Source: a virus. From it: DNA of 56,743 nucleotides. The stretch is taken from positions 1 through 56,743 of IMG/VR virus record IMGVR_UViG_3300037484_000539. One strand, given 5' to 3'. Both the position numbers and the translations under genes were made by a program. This document shows positions 17,501 to 26,109 of the stretch, one piece after another (the stretch's first letter is position 1; every line of letters begins with the position of its first letter). The notes beneath the pieces are model-generated. The model was not told the origin of the DNA. It searched no databases and saw only the letters and a list, made by a program, of their open reading frames with translations.

Positions 17501-19273
17501 ATCAATACCGCCGTGGCCGATCTGGCACCCAAAACCGACATGGGCCGCTGGGTGGAAAAGGTGGCTGCTCCAAAGGAGATGGTGAAGGTTGAACTGGAGC
17601 GCATTAAAAAACAACTGGAGGATGCCGGGGCAGACCTGACGGGGGTTCCAGACGATCTGGTAATGGGGTTTTTCAAGCCTTCTGGCCGTGCTCCATTCGG
17701 CGAAAACATCATCAAAGTAAATCGCGCCGGGAAACAGGAATTCTACCGGCTGGACAAGGATTTGTTCGACACCTTTCATGCGCTGGACATGGAATCGAGC
17801 AGCCGATTGCTCAAGCTATTGTCGGCTCCCGCCCAATTGTTGCGCGCAGGCGTGACGCTGACTCCTGATTTTGCGCTGTCCAATGCGATGAGGGACACGG
17901 TAAGCGCGGCGGTGGTGTCCAAGTACGGCACATACCCATTCGTAAACACCGTGAAGGGAATGGCGGCGCTTTTGAACAATCCCAAGCTGGTGTCGGAATG
18001 GGCGGCTTCAGGTGGAAAACAGTCGGTGGAGGCAAATTATTTTGACCGGGCAAAGGTGCAGAAGTTTTTGTCAGAACGGATTACCAAAGACCTGACACCA
18101 GCGGAGCGGGCCACCATTCTGGCAAAGAGTCCATTGACCGCATTGCGAATGTTCACCGGAACACTGGAGGAGGCGACCCGTATTGGTGAGTATCAGAACG
18201 CGCTAAAAAAGCTGACCGATGAGGGAATGCCAATTGGAGACGCCCGAAGACAGGCGGCATTTGAAGCCCGTGATTTGCAGGACTTTGCCAAGGGTGGCGC
18301 GCAGACCAAAATAGTCCGCAGTCTGGCGGCATTTTGGAATGCTGGATTGCAGGGAAATGTGCGTTTGGCGCAAGCCTTCCGGCAGCGCCCATTTCAAACG
18401 ACGTTGAAGGGTTTGGCATTTATTACGCTCCCCAAACTTCTGGAGCAGGCGGTGAACTGGAACGACGAGGATTATTGGGATCGCCCGCAGTGGGAGAGGG
18501 ACTTATTTTTTATGATTCCCCGTGGAAAGGATGCGAATGGGCATACCAGATTCCTGCGCATCCCAACCCCGTTTGAGGTGGGTGTTATTTTTGGAACAGT
18601 GCCGGGTAGAATTTTGCAAACCGTACGGGAGAAAGACCCAAAGGCTTTGGAATCCCTACCTCGCGTGATGCTTCAGCAAACGATCCCCAACCCAACGCCA
18701 CAATCAGTCCTGACTTTGCTGGAGGTGAATGCCGGAAAGGGGGGTTACTCATTCTTCAGGGGCAGGCCAATTGTGCCGGAAGCCATGAAAAATGCGCCGC
18801 CAGAAATGCAGTTCACATCACAGAACAGCCTGACCGCAAAGAAGGTGGGTAAGTTGCTCAATCTGTCACCAGCCAAGGTGGATTACGCGATTGGAGGATT
18901 GACAGGCGGGGTTGGAAGGCAACTGACTCATCAAGTGTCGGATCGCGCAATATCGGCCATGACGGGTGATGAACGCACGGCCCAAAGCACGATGCCGGGA
19001 GCAAGGTTTGTGGCGACCCCGGCAGGAACCCAAAGCGATGCTGTGGAAAAGTTCTATCAGGCGTTGGAGGAGGCGGTAGCGGACAGGGAGAGAGTGAAGG
19101 CCGGAGAAGCATCCAGGGGACAGGCCAGGTTTGCACGGCGGCTGGAGGCTGTGGCGGACAAGTTATCTGAATTGCGCAAGAAGGCGAAGTTGGAGAAAGA
19201 CGAAAAGCAAAGACAGTCCATCAATCTGGAGATTTCAGCCAGAGCCAGGGACGCGTTGAAACAAATCAAGTAA
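14501..19273 (+). CDS. Giant 1590-aa multidomain protein with a zincin-type HExxH motif; putative virion-borne/ejected polyvalent protein
   Basis: Uninterrupted 4.8-kb ORF. HETGH at 16445-16459, followed by GEGFAEF. The N-terminal third is low-complexity and rich in Ala, Pro and Glu. Confidence 0.6.
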   Translation: MPLDLEELSDLDLEPIEEESETPRLAQKQELPDTKPAVTIEQTTFRPRTASLEDTRPAFDFDEPLVAPEAVRAAMELGQGGISRAIPLLPEGMRETAQGFKEGIEEQVIGLTTPKSVAMTPIFAIPYVGQGLALGMGAKAIGAGAGTATGAIESGNRRELGTGLSEVTGGAAMVAAPLLHGRAKVIDIPPEVRATLPKASAAVEQTTKGAESAKTIRSDTGQVREEGRQAEVVQDKGGENLQQPAPEQPKPVGARGGEEAQVLLKQELAAPDAQAALTKPVEQLRVELESKNAEADALPKPAADAPIADKMAYLTAKNKLKGEASFLREALELKKQERVKPSQNVITKEAQPERVVVQPPEDVGGGEMTPGYVTIQSKGNAQSGPPEAWKSAGHDLPEFSKLPKGTYGIKEARELAQKAQAPELAAEGVGGVPEKLPAAEAATKTEPVSSELVVESAPERTAIAPETIKAAAARSEDGTIYTGKWHPAAYEELMRAKGLTKDQVIGQIQSGQLADGFITSKGRFVSREEAAVIAKERNQFRPDKEGDIAFAGGLKGMEAGPGVVAPKPELAETQGAIATSGAPMMPATPAGVPAKPVKPISEVIRDLAKGLDMPIRFGRLTTSKYAGYFKKNPNLIGAKFANDMPIVAHETGHKLDSIYPFTKDPALRAELDALGDPAIAGSRSSWTPSKSGVYKRGEGFAEFVRHWLTDPAEAKRLAPDTFTKYEQMLDASEDLGNVMRQAQSDIQLWRNAPQEARLDSFISRSDPNGARYRLPNLMRDVVDDLHFLRMAVDDAKVSGPLPPSQNPYQLARALRGSYGMADSFVRNGVADFKTREVTPGTGLQDALKPVSGRIDEFRRWIVAKRAQELAANGKETGLNPNDVDFVAQKYDTDPAFQEAFTKVKTWNDALLKYAGDSGLIAPESLKAMRDMNQDYVPFHRVFEVGAGESAAQSGGAGRGLNVGKPGSLKRLSGSQRDIVDPLETMVKNAYTLITAAEKNAINTAVADLAPKTDMGRWVEKVAAPKEMVKVELERIKKQLEDAGADLTGVPDDLVMGFFKPSGRAPFGENIIKVNRAGKQEFYRLDKDLFDTFHALDMESSSRLLKLLSAPAQLLRAGVTLTPDFALSNAMRDTVSAAVVSKYGTYPFVNTVKGMAALLNNPKLVSEWAASGGKQSVEANYFDRAKVQKFLSERITKDLTPAERATILAKSPLTALRMFTGTLEEATRIGEYQNALKKLTDEGMPIGDARRQAAFEARDLQDFAKGGAQTKIVRSLAAFWNAGLQGNVRLAQAFRQRPFQTTLKGLAFITLPKLLEQAVNWNDEDYWDRPQWERDLFFMIPRGKDANGHTRFLRIPTPFEVGVIFGTVPGRILQTVREKDPKALESLPRVMLQQTIPNPTPQSVLTLLEVNAGKGGYSFFRGRPIVPEAMKNAPPEMQFTSQNSLTAKKVGKLLNLSPAKVDYAIGGLTGGVGRQLTHQVSDRAISAMTGDERTAQSTMPGARFVATPAGTQSDAVEKFYQALEEAVADRERVKAGEASRGQARFARRLEAVADKLSELRKKAKLEKDEKQRQSINLEISARARDALKQIK

Positions 19274-19275
19274 CC

Positions 19276-19959
19276 ATGCCACTAAAATCCAGAAACGACT
19301 TCCCCCCCAACGGTTTTACTTTCTACCAAGCCGAGACAGGCTGGACTTCCCCACCCTATATTGGCTTTTCCCCCACCGTGGATGAAATCATAAAACACCG
19401 TCAGTCCAACCCAAGATTCAAGCTGTCCACAAACAGGGGTGAAGTGGAGGTGGAGTTGGAGAACTACACCATTGCGAGATTGAAATCCCAGTACGGCGAC
19501 AAGGCCGACCAATGGATAACGGGCAATGCCCCGCCAACGGTTTTTACACCGCCCCTCCCGCGTCGCCGCGTGGTGGGGGCAGTGGGTGCTGTGGCAATCG
19601 TGCATAAGGCAGTGGCGGGGGTTGGACTTGTCCTTGATTTCCTTGGCCCCAAGCTCAAACCCGTTGATCGTCCATTGGCGGAAAAACGAGGTTCCATTTG
19701 TGCCGTATGTCCCCTAAACCAGCCCGGTACAGCTTTGGAGCAGGCCGGGGGAAAAGCCCTTCACTTATTGCTCGAATACAAGGCCGATCAAAAGATGGAG
19801 ACGATTTGGGATGACCGGCTGCTCTGGTGCCATGCTTGCGGGTGTTCGCTCAAATTAAAGGTGCATGTGGGGCTGGACTACATCCTGAGCAGGCTCAAAC
19901 CGGAGGAAGCAGCGGCGCTTGATCCAAAATGCTGGATTAGGAACCACGATTCCACTTGA
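19276..19959 (+). CDS. Hypothetical protein with a C-terminal Cys cluster
   Basis: 227 aa with CAVC...CHACGC. Its TGA stop lies inside the TTGAC of the next box. Confidence 0.55.
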   Translation: MPLKSRNDFPPNGFTFYQAETGWTSPPYIGFSPTVDEIIKHRQSNPRFKLSTNRGEVEVELENYTIARLKSQYGDKADQWITGNAPPTVFTPPLPRRRVVGAVGAVAIVHKAVAGVGLVLDFLGPKLKPVDRPLAEKRGSICAVCPLNQPGTALEQAGGKALHLLLEYKADQKMETIWDDRLLWCHACGCSLKLKVHVGLDYILSRLKPEEAAALDPKCWIRNHDST

Positions 19960-19960
19960 C
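19950..19960 (+). promoter_or_regulatory. TTCCACTTGAC box (exact)
   Basis: ATG 19992 lies 31 nt downstream. No convincing SD. Confidence 0.7.
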
Positions 19961-19991
19961 CCATATTGCTGTCCTTGGTTAGGTGTAGTGC

Positions 19992-20564
19992 ATGGTTAAT
20001 GACAAGCCTTGTTCCGTATTCTTTGTGATAGACGTGGAATCTGTCGGTCTGCACGGCGAGGGCTTTGCCGTCGCGGGCGGCGTCTATCTCACCAACGGCT
20101 CTGCTCTGTGGGAGTTCCGACTGGCGTGTCCGATAGATGAGTGTGCTGGTGACGAAGATGACCGCAAATGGGTGAAAGACAACATCCCGGCCATCGATGA
20201 AACCCACCGCTCACCAAAAGCCATGCGCGACGAGTTCTGGAAACAGTGGATGCGGGCGAAGAAGAACGGCGCAGTAATGGCTGCTGACTGCCAATGGCCG
20301 GTCGAAGCCGGATTCGTGAAAGCCTGCATTGCCGATGACCCTGCGCGTAAATGGGAAGGCCCGTATCCTCTCCATGAAATCGCAAGCTACCTCGCCGCCG
20401 CTGGACTAGACCCAATGGCAAAATACCCGCGCATTCCGAGCGAGATGCCAATGCACGACCCACTCGCTGACGCGAGGCAATCGGCTCGACTACTATCCGA
20501 TGCGCTCGCGAGAATGGGGAACGACAAGCTGAGGCACGGCGGCGAAATTATCAAATGCTCGTAG
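19992..20564 (+). CDS. DEDDh (DnaQ-like) 3'-5' exonuclease
   Basis: Exo I FFVIDVES; Exo III HDPLADA (H-x4-D); the length is right for the fold. Confidence 0.7.
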   Translation: MVNDKPCSVFFVIDVESVGLHGEGFAVAGGVYLTNGSALWEFRLACPIDECAGDEDDRKWVKDNIPAIDETHRSPKAMRDEFWKQWMRAKKNGAVMAADCQWPVEAGFVKACIADDPARKWEGPYPLHEIASYLAAAGLDPMAKYPRIPSEMPMHDPLADARQSARLLSDALARMGNDKLRHGGEIIKCS

Positions 20565-22012
20565 TAACACCTTGCCATGTCGGGGACATAGACGCCCTAA
20601 GACAACTGCTTCTTTGGATTCAGAAGCTTGGTGCTTGTAAAGCCCACCAACTGCTTCTTGTGGCGGATGCTGGAACCCCCATAGACAAGGTGGTGGAGGT
20701 AATGGAACTGGCAGGGCAAGTCTTTGGGGAGGTGAGGCTTGTCACCAATCCTACTTCGGTCATTGGGTGGCCGGACGGCTGTTATTCCCTTTTCAACACA
20801 GCCACGAAATACATTTCAGAGCACTGGCCCCAGCCCTTCCTGATTCTGGAACCAGATGCGATCCCCCTTAAACCCGGCTGGCTGGATCAAATCGAGCAAG
20901 CCTACCAGAAATCAGGAACCCCCTTCATGGGATGTATTTACGACGCACCGGGATTCGGTTCCCACGGAAAGTGCATGAGCGGGATAGCAGTGTATCCCCC
21001 AAATGCCGTCACACTCCTTCCTCCATGCCCATTGCCAGTTCCGTGGGACATGTACGGGGCGGACGTAATGACGGGGAATGGTTCCCACACACCCCTCATC
21101 AAACACTTCTTTGGGCAGCACAAACTTCCCCCGACATTTGTGCATGAGAAAAGCGAGTTAGCGCCCATAAATGCTTTCACGCTGGACTGGCTTGGGAGTG
21201 AGTGTGTGCTGTTCCATCGCGACAAGACCCACTCATTGATTCCACTGCTGGCCAGGAAGCTGGGTATTGAATGGCAGCACGCGATTAAGCATGAGCCGGT
21301 GCCAGCCAGCGAAAGGCTCGTGCTGGTTTTAGGGTTTTGCTGGAATGACCAGTATCTCGCCTTGAAAAATCTTTACTGGATGATTCAACTGGGTGGCCGG
21401 GTTGATGGCACGATTGTTTTACAAACTGATATGTCTGTGTCGAAGGAGATTTTCAATACCATTGTGAAGGTGGCGGGCGAAGCGTTTACCCATGTAGTTC
21501 CCAAGCGCCTACCCACTACTACAGTTGGCTGGCCACAGGGTTCCAATATGCTTTGGCAATCTGCTGGGAGGTTCATGGCTTCTTTACAGAAGCCGTGGAT
21601 TTGGAGCGAGCCGGATGCGGTGTTTGTGAAAGAGGGTTGGCTGGAACTATTATCGGATGAATATCTAAGGGCGGACAAACCTTTCATGGGCCACGTTGTC
21701 GGCGGGATGGGGCACATGAATGGGGTTGGTGTTTACCCCGCCGATGTTGGGCGGTTTGCGCCACATGCAATGACCTGCACCAACGCGGCATTTGACATGG
21801 TTTTGCACCCAGCCATCGCACCACATGTCCACAAGGCCAATCATTTGATTCGGCACTGTCGGGCAGCCGTTAATGGGTGTTGTTTGGATCAGCACGGCCA
21901 GCCGCCCGTTTTCAGGAGCGCCGCCGATTTAAGCATGGTGGGAGCCGATACTGTGCTGTTCCACCCAAGCAAAGATGGCTCCTTGATTGATCGGTTAAAC
22001 GAAAAATTATGA
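20555..22012 (+). CDS. Tandem-duplicated two-domain protein; possible glycosyl/nucleotidyl-transferase-like fold
   Basis: The two halves align. GWPDGCYS vs GWPQGSNM; EPDAIPLKPGWL..PFMG vs EPDAVFVKEGWL..PFMG; VLFHRDKTHSLI vs VLFHPSKDGSLI. Confidence 0.45.
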   Translation: MLVVTPCHVGDIDALRQLLLWIQKLGACKAHQLLLVADAGTPIDKVVEVMELAGQVFGEVRLVTNPTSVIGWPDGCYSLFNTATKYISEHWPQPFLILEPDAIPLKPGWLDQIEQAYQKSGTPFMGCIYDAPGFGSHGKCMSGIAVYPPNAVTLLPPCPLPVPWDMYGADVMTGNGSHTPLIKHFFGQHKLPPTFVHEKSELAPINAFTLDWLGSECVLFHRDKTHSLIPLLARKLGIEWQHAIKHEPVPASERLVLVLGFCWNDQYLALKNLYWMIQLGGRVDGTIVLQTDMSVSKEIFNTIVKVAGEAFTHVVPKRLPTTTVGWPQGSNMLWQSAGRFMASLQKPWIWSEPDAVFVKEGWLELLSDEYLRADKPFMGHVVGGMGHMNGVGVYPADVGRFAPHAMTCTNAAFDMVLHPAIAPHVHKANHLIRHCRAAVNGCCLDQHGQPPVFRSAADLSMVGADTVLFHPSKDGSLIDRLNEKL

Positions 22013-23376
22013 ATGCGGAAATTTTGATTGTTACTTTCAAACGGGACTTCAGGTATTTGAAGTTTTGCCTCGAATCAATCCGGCGTTTCGCGACGGGCTT
22101 CAGCGGCATAACGCTGGTCGTGCCTGATTATGATGCAGCACAGGCCGTGTTGGAATTTTCGGGTGTCACCATCAAAAGCGGCGCGGAATGGCCGGATAAT
22201 CCGATGCTCTGGCATGAGTGGGTGATTATGAATGCTGACCAATGGTGCCCCAAGGCTGACTATGTTGTGCATCTGGATGCGGACTGCCTGGTGCGCGCTC
22301 CGGTGAGTCCAGATACATACATTCGTGATGGAAAGCCATATCTGCGTCACGAACCGTTTGCGGATGTGGCAACGCGTGAGCCGGGAGTGATGGAGTGGGA
22401 GCGGGTAACAAGGCTGTGCCTTCCCTTTGAGAACCTGCAAGAGACGATGAGGGCCATGCCGCTGGTGTATCATCGAAGCACTTACCCGCTAACACGCAAG
22501 GTGATGACGCAGAAAACAAAGCGTGATGCCGGGGAATACATCCGCTCCTGCAAGGGAATATACCCACAAGGCTTCTGTGAATTTGTGACGCTGGGAAATG
22601 TGGCCATGAATCTGGAGCGTGAAAAATACGAATGCGTGTTGCAGCTTGGGGACAAGGCCAGTCCGCCGACGAACATCATCCAATTTTGGGGGCATGGCGA
22701 TCCAGCCTTGGAGCAGACGATTTGGATGGATGGAATCAGCCAGATGGTTGTGCCGCAGAACGTCATAAATCAGGTTTTGGAACACAAGTCGCCTGCACTT
22801 ACCGGCAAACGTCCATGCCCGGAAAATATCAAGGTAATCGCCCATCGTGAACAGTTGGGCACTTGGCTTAACGAGCAGGGGATGCTGGGGGCTGGTGCGG
22901 AGATTGGCGTCATGCACGGCGGCTATTCTGAATCCGTTCTGAAAATCTGGAATGGCGAAAAATATTACATGGTGGACTTGTGGGGGAGACAAGACCCGCA
23001 GGTGTATCGGGAGCGCACGGATGACATTGATTACGAAGGCAAGTATCGCGATTGTGTTGCCATAGCGGAACGCTTTCCCATTGTGCAAATCATCAGGGAT
23101 TACTCTGTGGCGGCGGCAGGGCAGGTGCCGGACGGCTCCCTCGATTGGGTGTTCATCGACGCCAACCATTCCTATCGAACTGTCTTAGAAGACATGGATG
23201 CGTGGTTTCCAAAACTTAAACCGGGCGGCGTGTTTGCAGGACACGACTACGGTGACGATACGAACTACCCGCACTGGTGCGAGGTTAAATCAGCGGTGGA
23301 TCGATGGATGGGCGAACACAACATCGCCTTTCGCGTCACGGAATGCTCAAGCTGGTGGTCGATAAAGCCGTTATGA
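22009..23376 (+). CDS. Fusion of a GT-A-like (DxD) N-terminal domain and a class I SAM methyltransferase (Methyltransf_24/TylF-like) C-terminal domain
   Basis: N-terminal half: ILIVTFKRD...VVHLDADCLV. C-terminal half: GAEIGVMHGGYS...FIDANHSYRTVLEDMDAWFPKLKPGGVFAGHDY. Confidence 0.6.
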   Translation: MNAEILIVTFKRDFRYLKFCLESIRRFATGFSGITLVVPDYDAAQAVLEFSGVTIKSGAEWPDNPMLWHEWVIMNADQWCPKADYVVHLDADCLVRAPVSPDTYIRDGKPYLRHEPFADVATREPGVMEWERVTRLCLPFENLQETMRAMPLVYHRSTYPLTRKVMTQKTKRDAGEYIRSCKGIYPQGFCEFVTLGNVAMNLEREKYECVLQLGDKASPPTNIIQFWGHGDPALEQTIWMDGISQMVVPQNVINQVLEHKSPALTGKRPCPENIKVIAHREQLGTWLNEQGMLGAGAEIGVMHGGYSESVLKIWNGEKYYMVDLWGRQDPQVYRERTDDIDYEGKYRDCVAIAERFPIVQIIRDYSVAAAGQVPDGSLDWVFIDANHSYRTVLEDMDAWFPKLKPGGVFAGHDYGDDTNYPHWCEVKSAVDRWMGEHNIAFRVTECSSWWSIKPL

Positions 23377-24191
23377 AAATTGTAATCGTTGGCTCCAGCC
23401 GTGGCATAGGAAATCATCTCAAGAAGTATTTTCTGGATAATGGCCATGAAGTGTGGGGCATCAGCCGTTCCGCGCAGCAGCCATCGGAAAGATTTATCCC
23501 AATCATGGGAAACGCATGTGTGGAAATGGAATACAATCAGGTGCCAGCCATTGACGCCCTTATTTATTGCGCTGGCTCTCAGATGCCCATTGGAGCGGCT
23601 ATGACCATTGAGCCGCACGAATGGTTGATGGGAATACGCGACAACCTGTTTGGGGCGTTCAATGTGGTTCATACGTTTTTCAGCAGGCTTCATGGGGATG
23701 GAAGGGTTGGAAAGATCGTGCTGTTCAGCGGCGGTGGGGCGACAAATGCCAGACCCAACCTGAGCGCGTATTCATGCGCCAAAACAGCCATTGTCAGGCT
23801 GGTGGAAACACTCTCAGAAGAATGGGTGGACGTGGACATTGATATTAACGCCATTGCTCCGGGGGCGGTATGTACTGACATGACCCGGCAAATACTGGAT
23901 TTGGGGGTGTCAATCACGGGGGTAAAAGAAGCACAGGATGCTGTAAGGCTTGCCAAACAGGACAATACCAAAGCGCTGCAAGATATTGCTGGCTGCATTG
24001 ACTGGCTGATAAGCGACAAATCAGACGGGATAACAGGCAAGTTGATTTCCGCCAAATGGGATGATTGGAAAACCAGCTCTGGAATTAAACTGATAAGGCA
24101 GCGGGAAAACATGGTCTTGAGAAGGGTTCCAGATGGCAGGCTGAAAGCGTACGTGCCAACACCTGAGGAAGAGGGCAGGATGGCGCAATGA
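23373..24191 (+). CDS. Short-chain dehydrogenase/reductase (classical SDR)
   Basis: ATG 23373 overlaps the upstream stop as ATGA. VGSSRGIG glycine motif and the YSCAK (YxxxK) catalytic motif. Confidence 0.75.
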   Translation: MKIVIVGSSRGIGNHLKKYFLDNGHEVWGISRSAQQPSERFIPIMGNACVEMEYNQVPAIDALIYCAGSQMPIGAAMTIEPHEWLMGIRDNLFGAFNVVHTFFSRLHGDGRVGKIVLFSGGGATNARPNLSAYSCAKTAIVRLVETLSEEWVDVDIDINAIAPGAVCTDMTRQILDLGVSITGVKEAQDAVRLAKQDNTKALQDIAGCIDWLISDKSDGITGKLISAKWDDWKTSSGIKLIRQRENMVLRRVPDGRLKAYVPTPEEEGRMAQ

Positions 24192-24712
24192 CTCCTGAAA
24201 TGACCGTGGCTGTGCAGTATCAAAGTCACCTTCCCGCATTGCTGGCGTGTATTGCTGTGACGGATGGGCCAGTGCTGGAGCTTGGTGTGGGGCATTTCTC
24301 CACGCCACACTTGCACGCCCTTTGCGGGGCGATGGGGCGCTTGCTGGGTTCGTGGGAGGACAACCGTGAATGGTTTGAGGAATTCCGACTCAAATACGAA
24401 TCCAAAAAACATTGGTTTCAGTGCGGATCGTACTTGGAAGCGGTAAAAGTCGGGCCGGACAACCGGGGAAGATTTGGCGTGGCGTTTATTGATAATTCTC
24501 CAGGAGGAGAAGGCCGTTCAGTGCCATTTCGGGCGCTGATTGAGATAAGTGAATTCGTTGTTGTCCACGACGCGCAGAAAGACGCGGAAAATTTTCAGGC
24601 GGTGGAGATGATGTTGGAGGGACTGCACTGGCACCTTTGCACGGGCTACTTCCCCCATACGCTTGTGGCCAGCAAAACAAGACAGATACCGGAAGTTCTT
24701 TTAGGAATGTAG
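24188..24712 (+). CDS. Methyltransferase-fold-like protein (weak)
   Basis: LELGVGHFST (motif I-like) and VAFIDNSPG...VVVHD. ATGA overlap upstream. Confidence 0.4.
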   Translation: MTPEMTVAVQYQSHLPALLACIAVTDGPVLELGVGHFSTPHLHALCGAMGRLLGSWEDNREWFEEFRLKYESKKHWFQCGSYLEAVKVGPDNRGRFGVAFIDNSPGGEGRSVPFRALIEISEFVVVHDAQKDAENFQAVEMMLEGLHWHLCTGYFPHTLVASKTRQIPEVLLGM

Positions 24713-24743
24713 TTGACGACCTAAGCGGCTTAGGAACATTATT

Positions 24744-25130
24744 ATGAATGCCATCAGTCGATACATGTCAGCTATCGGTAAAAAAGGCGGTAGCGTCAAA
24801 AGTGAGAGAAAAGCGAATGCGTCCAGAAACAATGGCCGACTTGCTGTGCAATCCCGGACTGGCTGTGATGATAAGGAACAGATGAAAATTCATTCGTGCT
24901 CTACTTGTTATCATTGGGCTGGCCCGGAAGCGTTACTGGGGAAAGGTGTGCGCGGTCGTGTCTGCGTGCATGACGATTTGTATATGCACGCTCCAACATC
25001 CTTCCAAAAGGACGGGGCTATTGGTGTGAATTGCGATTTTTCCTGTAATCAGGATACGCCCCCGAAATACGATCATATTTTAACCGGCCCGGATTTCTGC
25101 TGTGTTCATCATGTGGAAAAAGAATCGTGA
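24744..25130 (+). CDS. Cys/His-rich hypothetical protein
   Basis: 128 aa. Basic N-terminus, then CSTCYH, CVHDD, CDFSC and CCVHH. Confidence 0.5.
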   Translation: MNAISRYMSAIGKKGGSVKSERKANASRNNGRLAVQSRTGCDDKEQMKIHSCSTCYHWAGPEALLGKGVRGRVCVHDDLYMHAPTSFQKDGAIGVNCDFSCNQDTPPKYDHILTGPDFCCVHHVEKES

Positions 25131-25769
25131 ATGATATTTGTATCCAGCGCCCGCCCGATGGGAAACGATCCGCAGTATGATCGCAATCAACTTGCTGCTA
25201 AGGCATCGTGGGACAAGTGCGCTAGCAAAATAGTTTATTTCAATGATATTCAGCCCCAGCTTCGTAGTCCCAAGACGTGGTTTGTGGATGCAGAACCATA
25301 CCCACGCATCCTTGATATACTGGAGTTCTGCATGTCTCAGGAGGAATGGTGTGCGATCCTGAACGCGGACATTGTGGTTGGCCCAAACTTCCCTGTTGTA
25401 GAGGCGAAACTGCGTTCCAAAAATGCCATGTGTGCCTCAAGCTGGCGTTACAACTTCGATCCTGCGATTGGCATTTCCAGTGGTGTTCACAACGACAATG
25501 GGATTGATTTCTTTGCGGCCACACCGGAGGTCTGGGGAAGGGCGTACGAGTTATGTCAGGAGGAGCTAAGGCTGGGAAGTGGGTACTGGGATGGGTGGAT
25601 GCTGAGTGTGTTTGGCACGTTTTTCATGCTGGGATTCTGGAATCTCACTCCGGCTAGGGTGATTTTCCACCCCAACCATTCAGGGCGCATTCATGGCCCA
25701 CATTTCGACATTACCCGAATCAAGATTTACCAGTGGCCGGTAATGCCAAGCCCAACCCTGATAACTTGA
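25131..25769 (+). CDS. GT-A-like nucleotide-sugar transferase candidate
   Basis: AILNADIVV (DxD-like) and NGIDFFAATPEVW. Starts one nt after the upstream stop. Confidence 0.4.
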   Translation: MIFVSSARPMGNDPQYDRNQLAAKASWDKCASKIVYFNDIQPQLRSPKTWFVDAEPYPRILDILEFCMSQEEWCAILNADIVVGPNFPVVEAKLRSKNAMCASSWRYNFDPAIGISSGVHNDNGIDFFAATPEVWGRAYELCQEELRLGSGYWDGWMLSVFGTFFMLGFWNLTPARVIFHPNHSGRIHGPHFDITRIKIYQWPVMPSPTLIT

Positions 25770-25772
25770 TGC

Positions 25773-25783
25773 CTCCACTTGAC
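25773..25783 (+). promoter_or_regulatory. CTCCACTTGAC box (one mismatch, at position 1)
   Basis: ATG 25814 lies 30 nt downstream. No SD. Confidence 0.65.
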
Positions 25784-25813
25784 GCAACCAATCTGAAATG
25801 ATTTCATCCATCA

Positions 25814-26077
25814 ATGAAAGCGATAACAAATTCAGAACTGTCAATAATTCGCAGGGCAGAGTGGGTGGTGGGATTGTTTTCAGATATGCGTGCGGCGCGT
25901 GCGGCGGTTAAGTCAGGGGCGCTGTTTCCAGGCAGTGGGCTGATAAGGTTTTATGGCCATGCAACTCACAGGCGGGTGCTCGCAATCATAGGAATGAAAC
26001 CAACCAAACAAAAGAGGCCCACATCGACCAATTTCATAGCGGCAATAGAATTGTCGAAAACGTTTTGGAGGAAATGA
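25814..26077 (+). CDS. Hypothetical protein, 87 aa
   Basis: First ORF after the box; precedes the putative portal gene. Confidence 0.55.
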   Translation: MKAITNSELSIIRRAEWVVGLFSDMRAARAAVKSGALFPGSGLIRFYGHATHRRVLAIIGMKPTKQKRPTSTNFIAAIELSKTFWRK

Positions 26078-26109
26078 TTTACTTCCACTTCCGCCCAAGT
26101 GCGCTATAG

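Noticed and set aside
26074-26109. 11-codon mini-ORF (MIYFHFRPSAL) bridging the 25814 gene and the portal-like gene, overlapping a TTCCACTTC half-box
   Set aside because: It is too short to support. The GGAGG upstream is only 2 nt from its ATG. The half-box lacks TTGAC and has the wrong spacing (16 nt to ATG 26110). It could still act as a termination-reinitiation relay, but I have no evidence for that.
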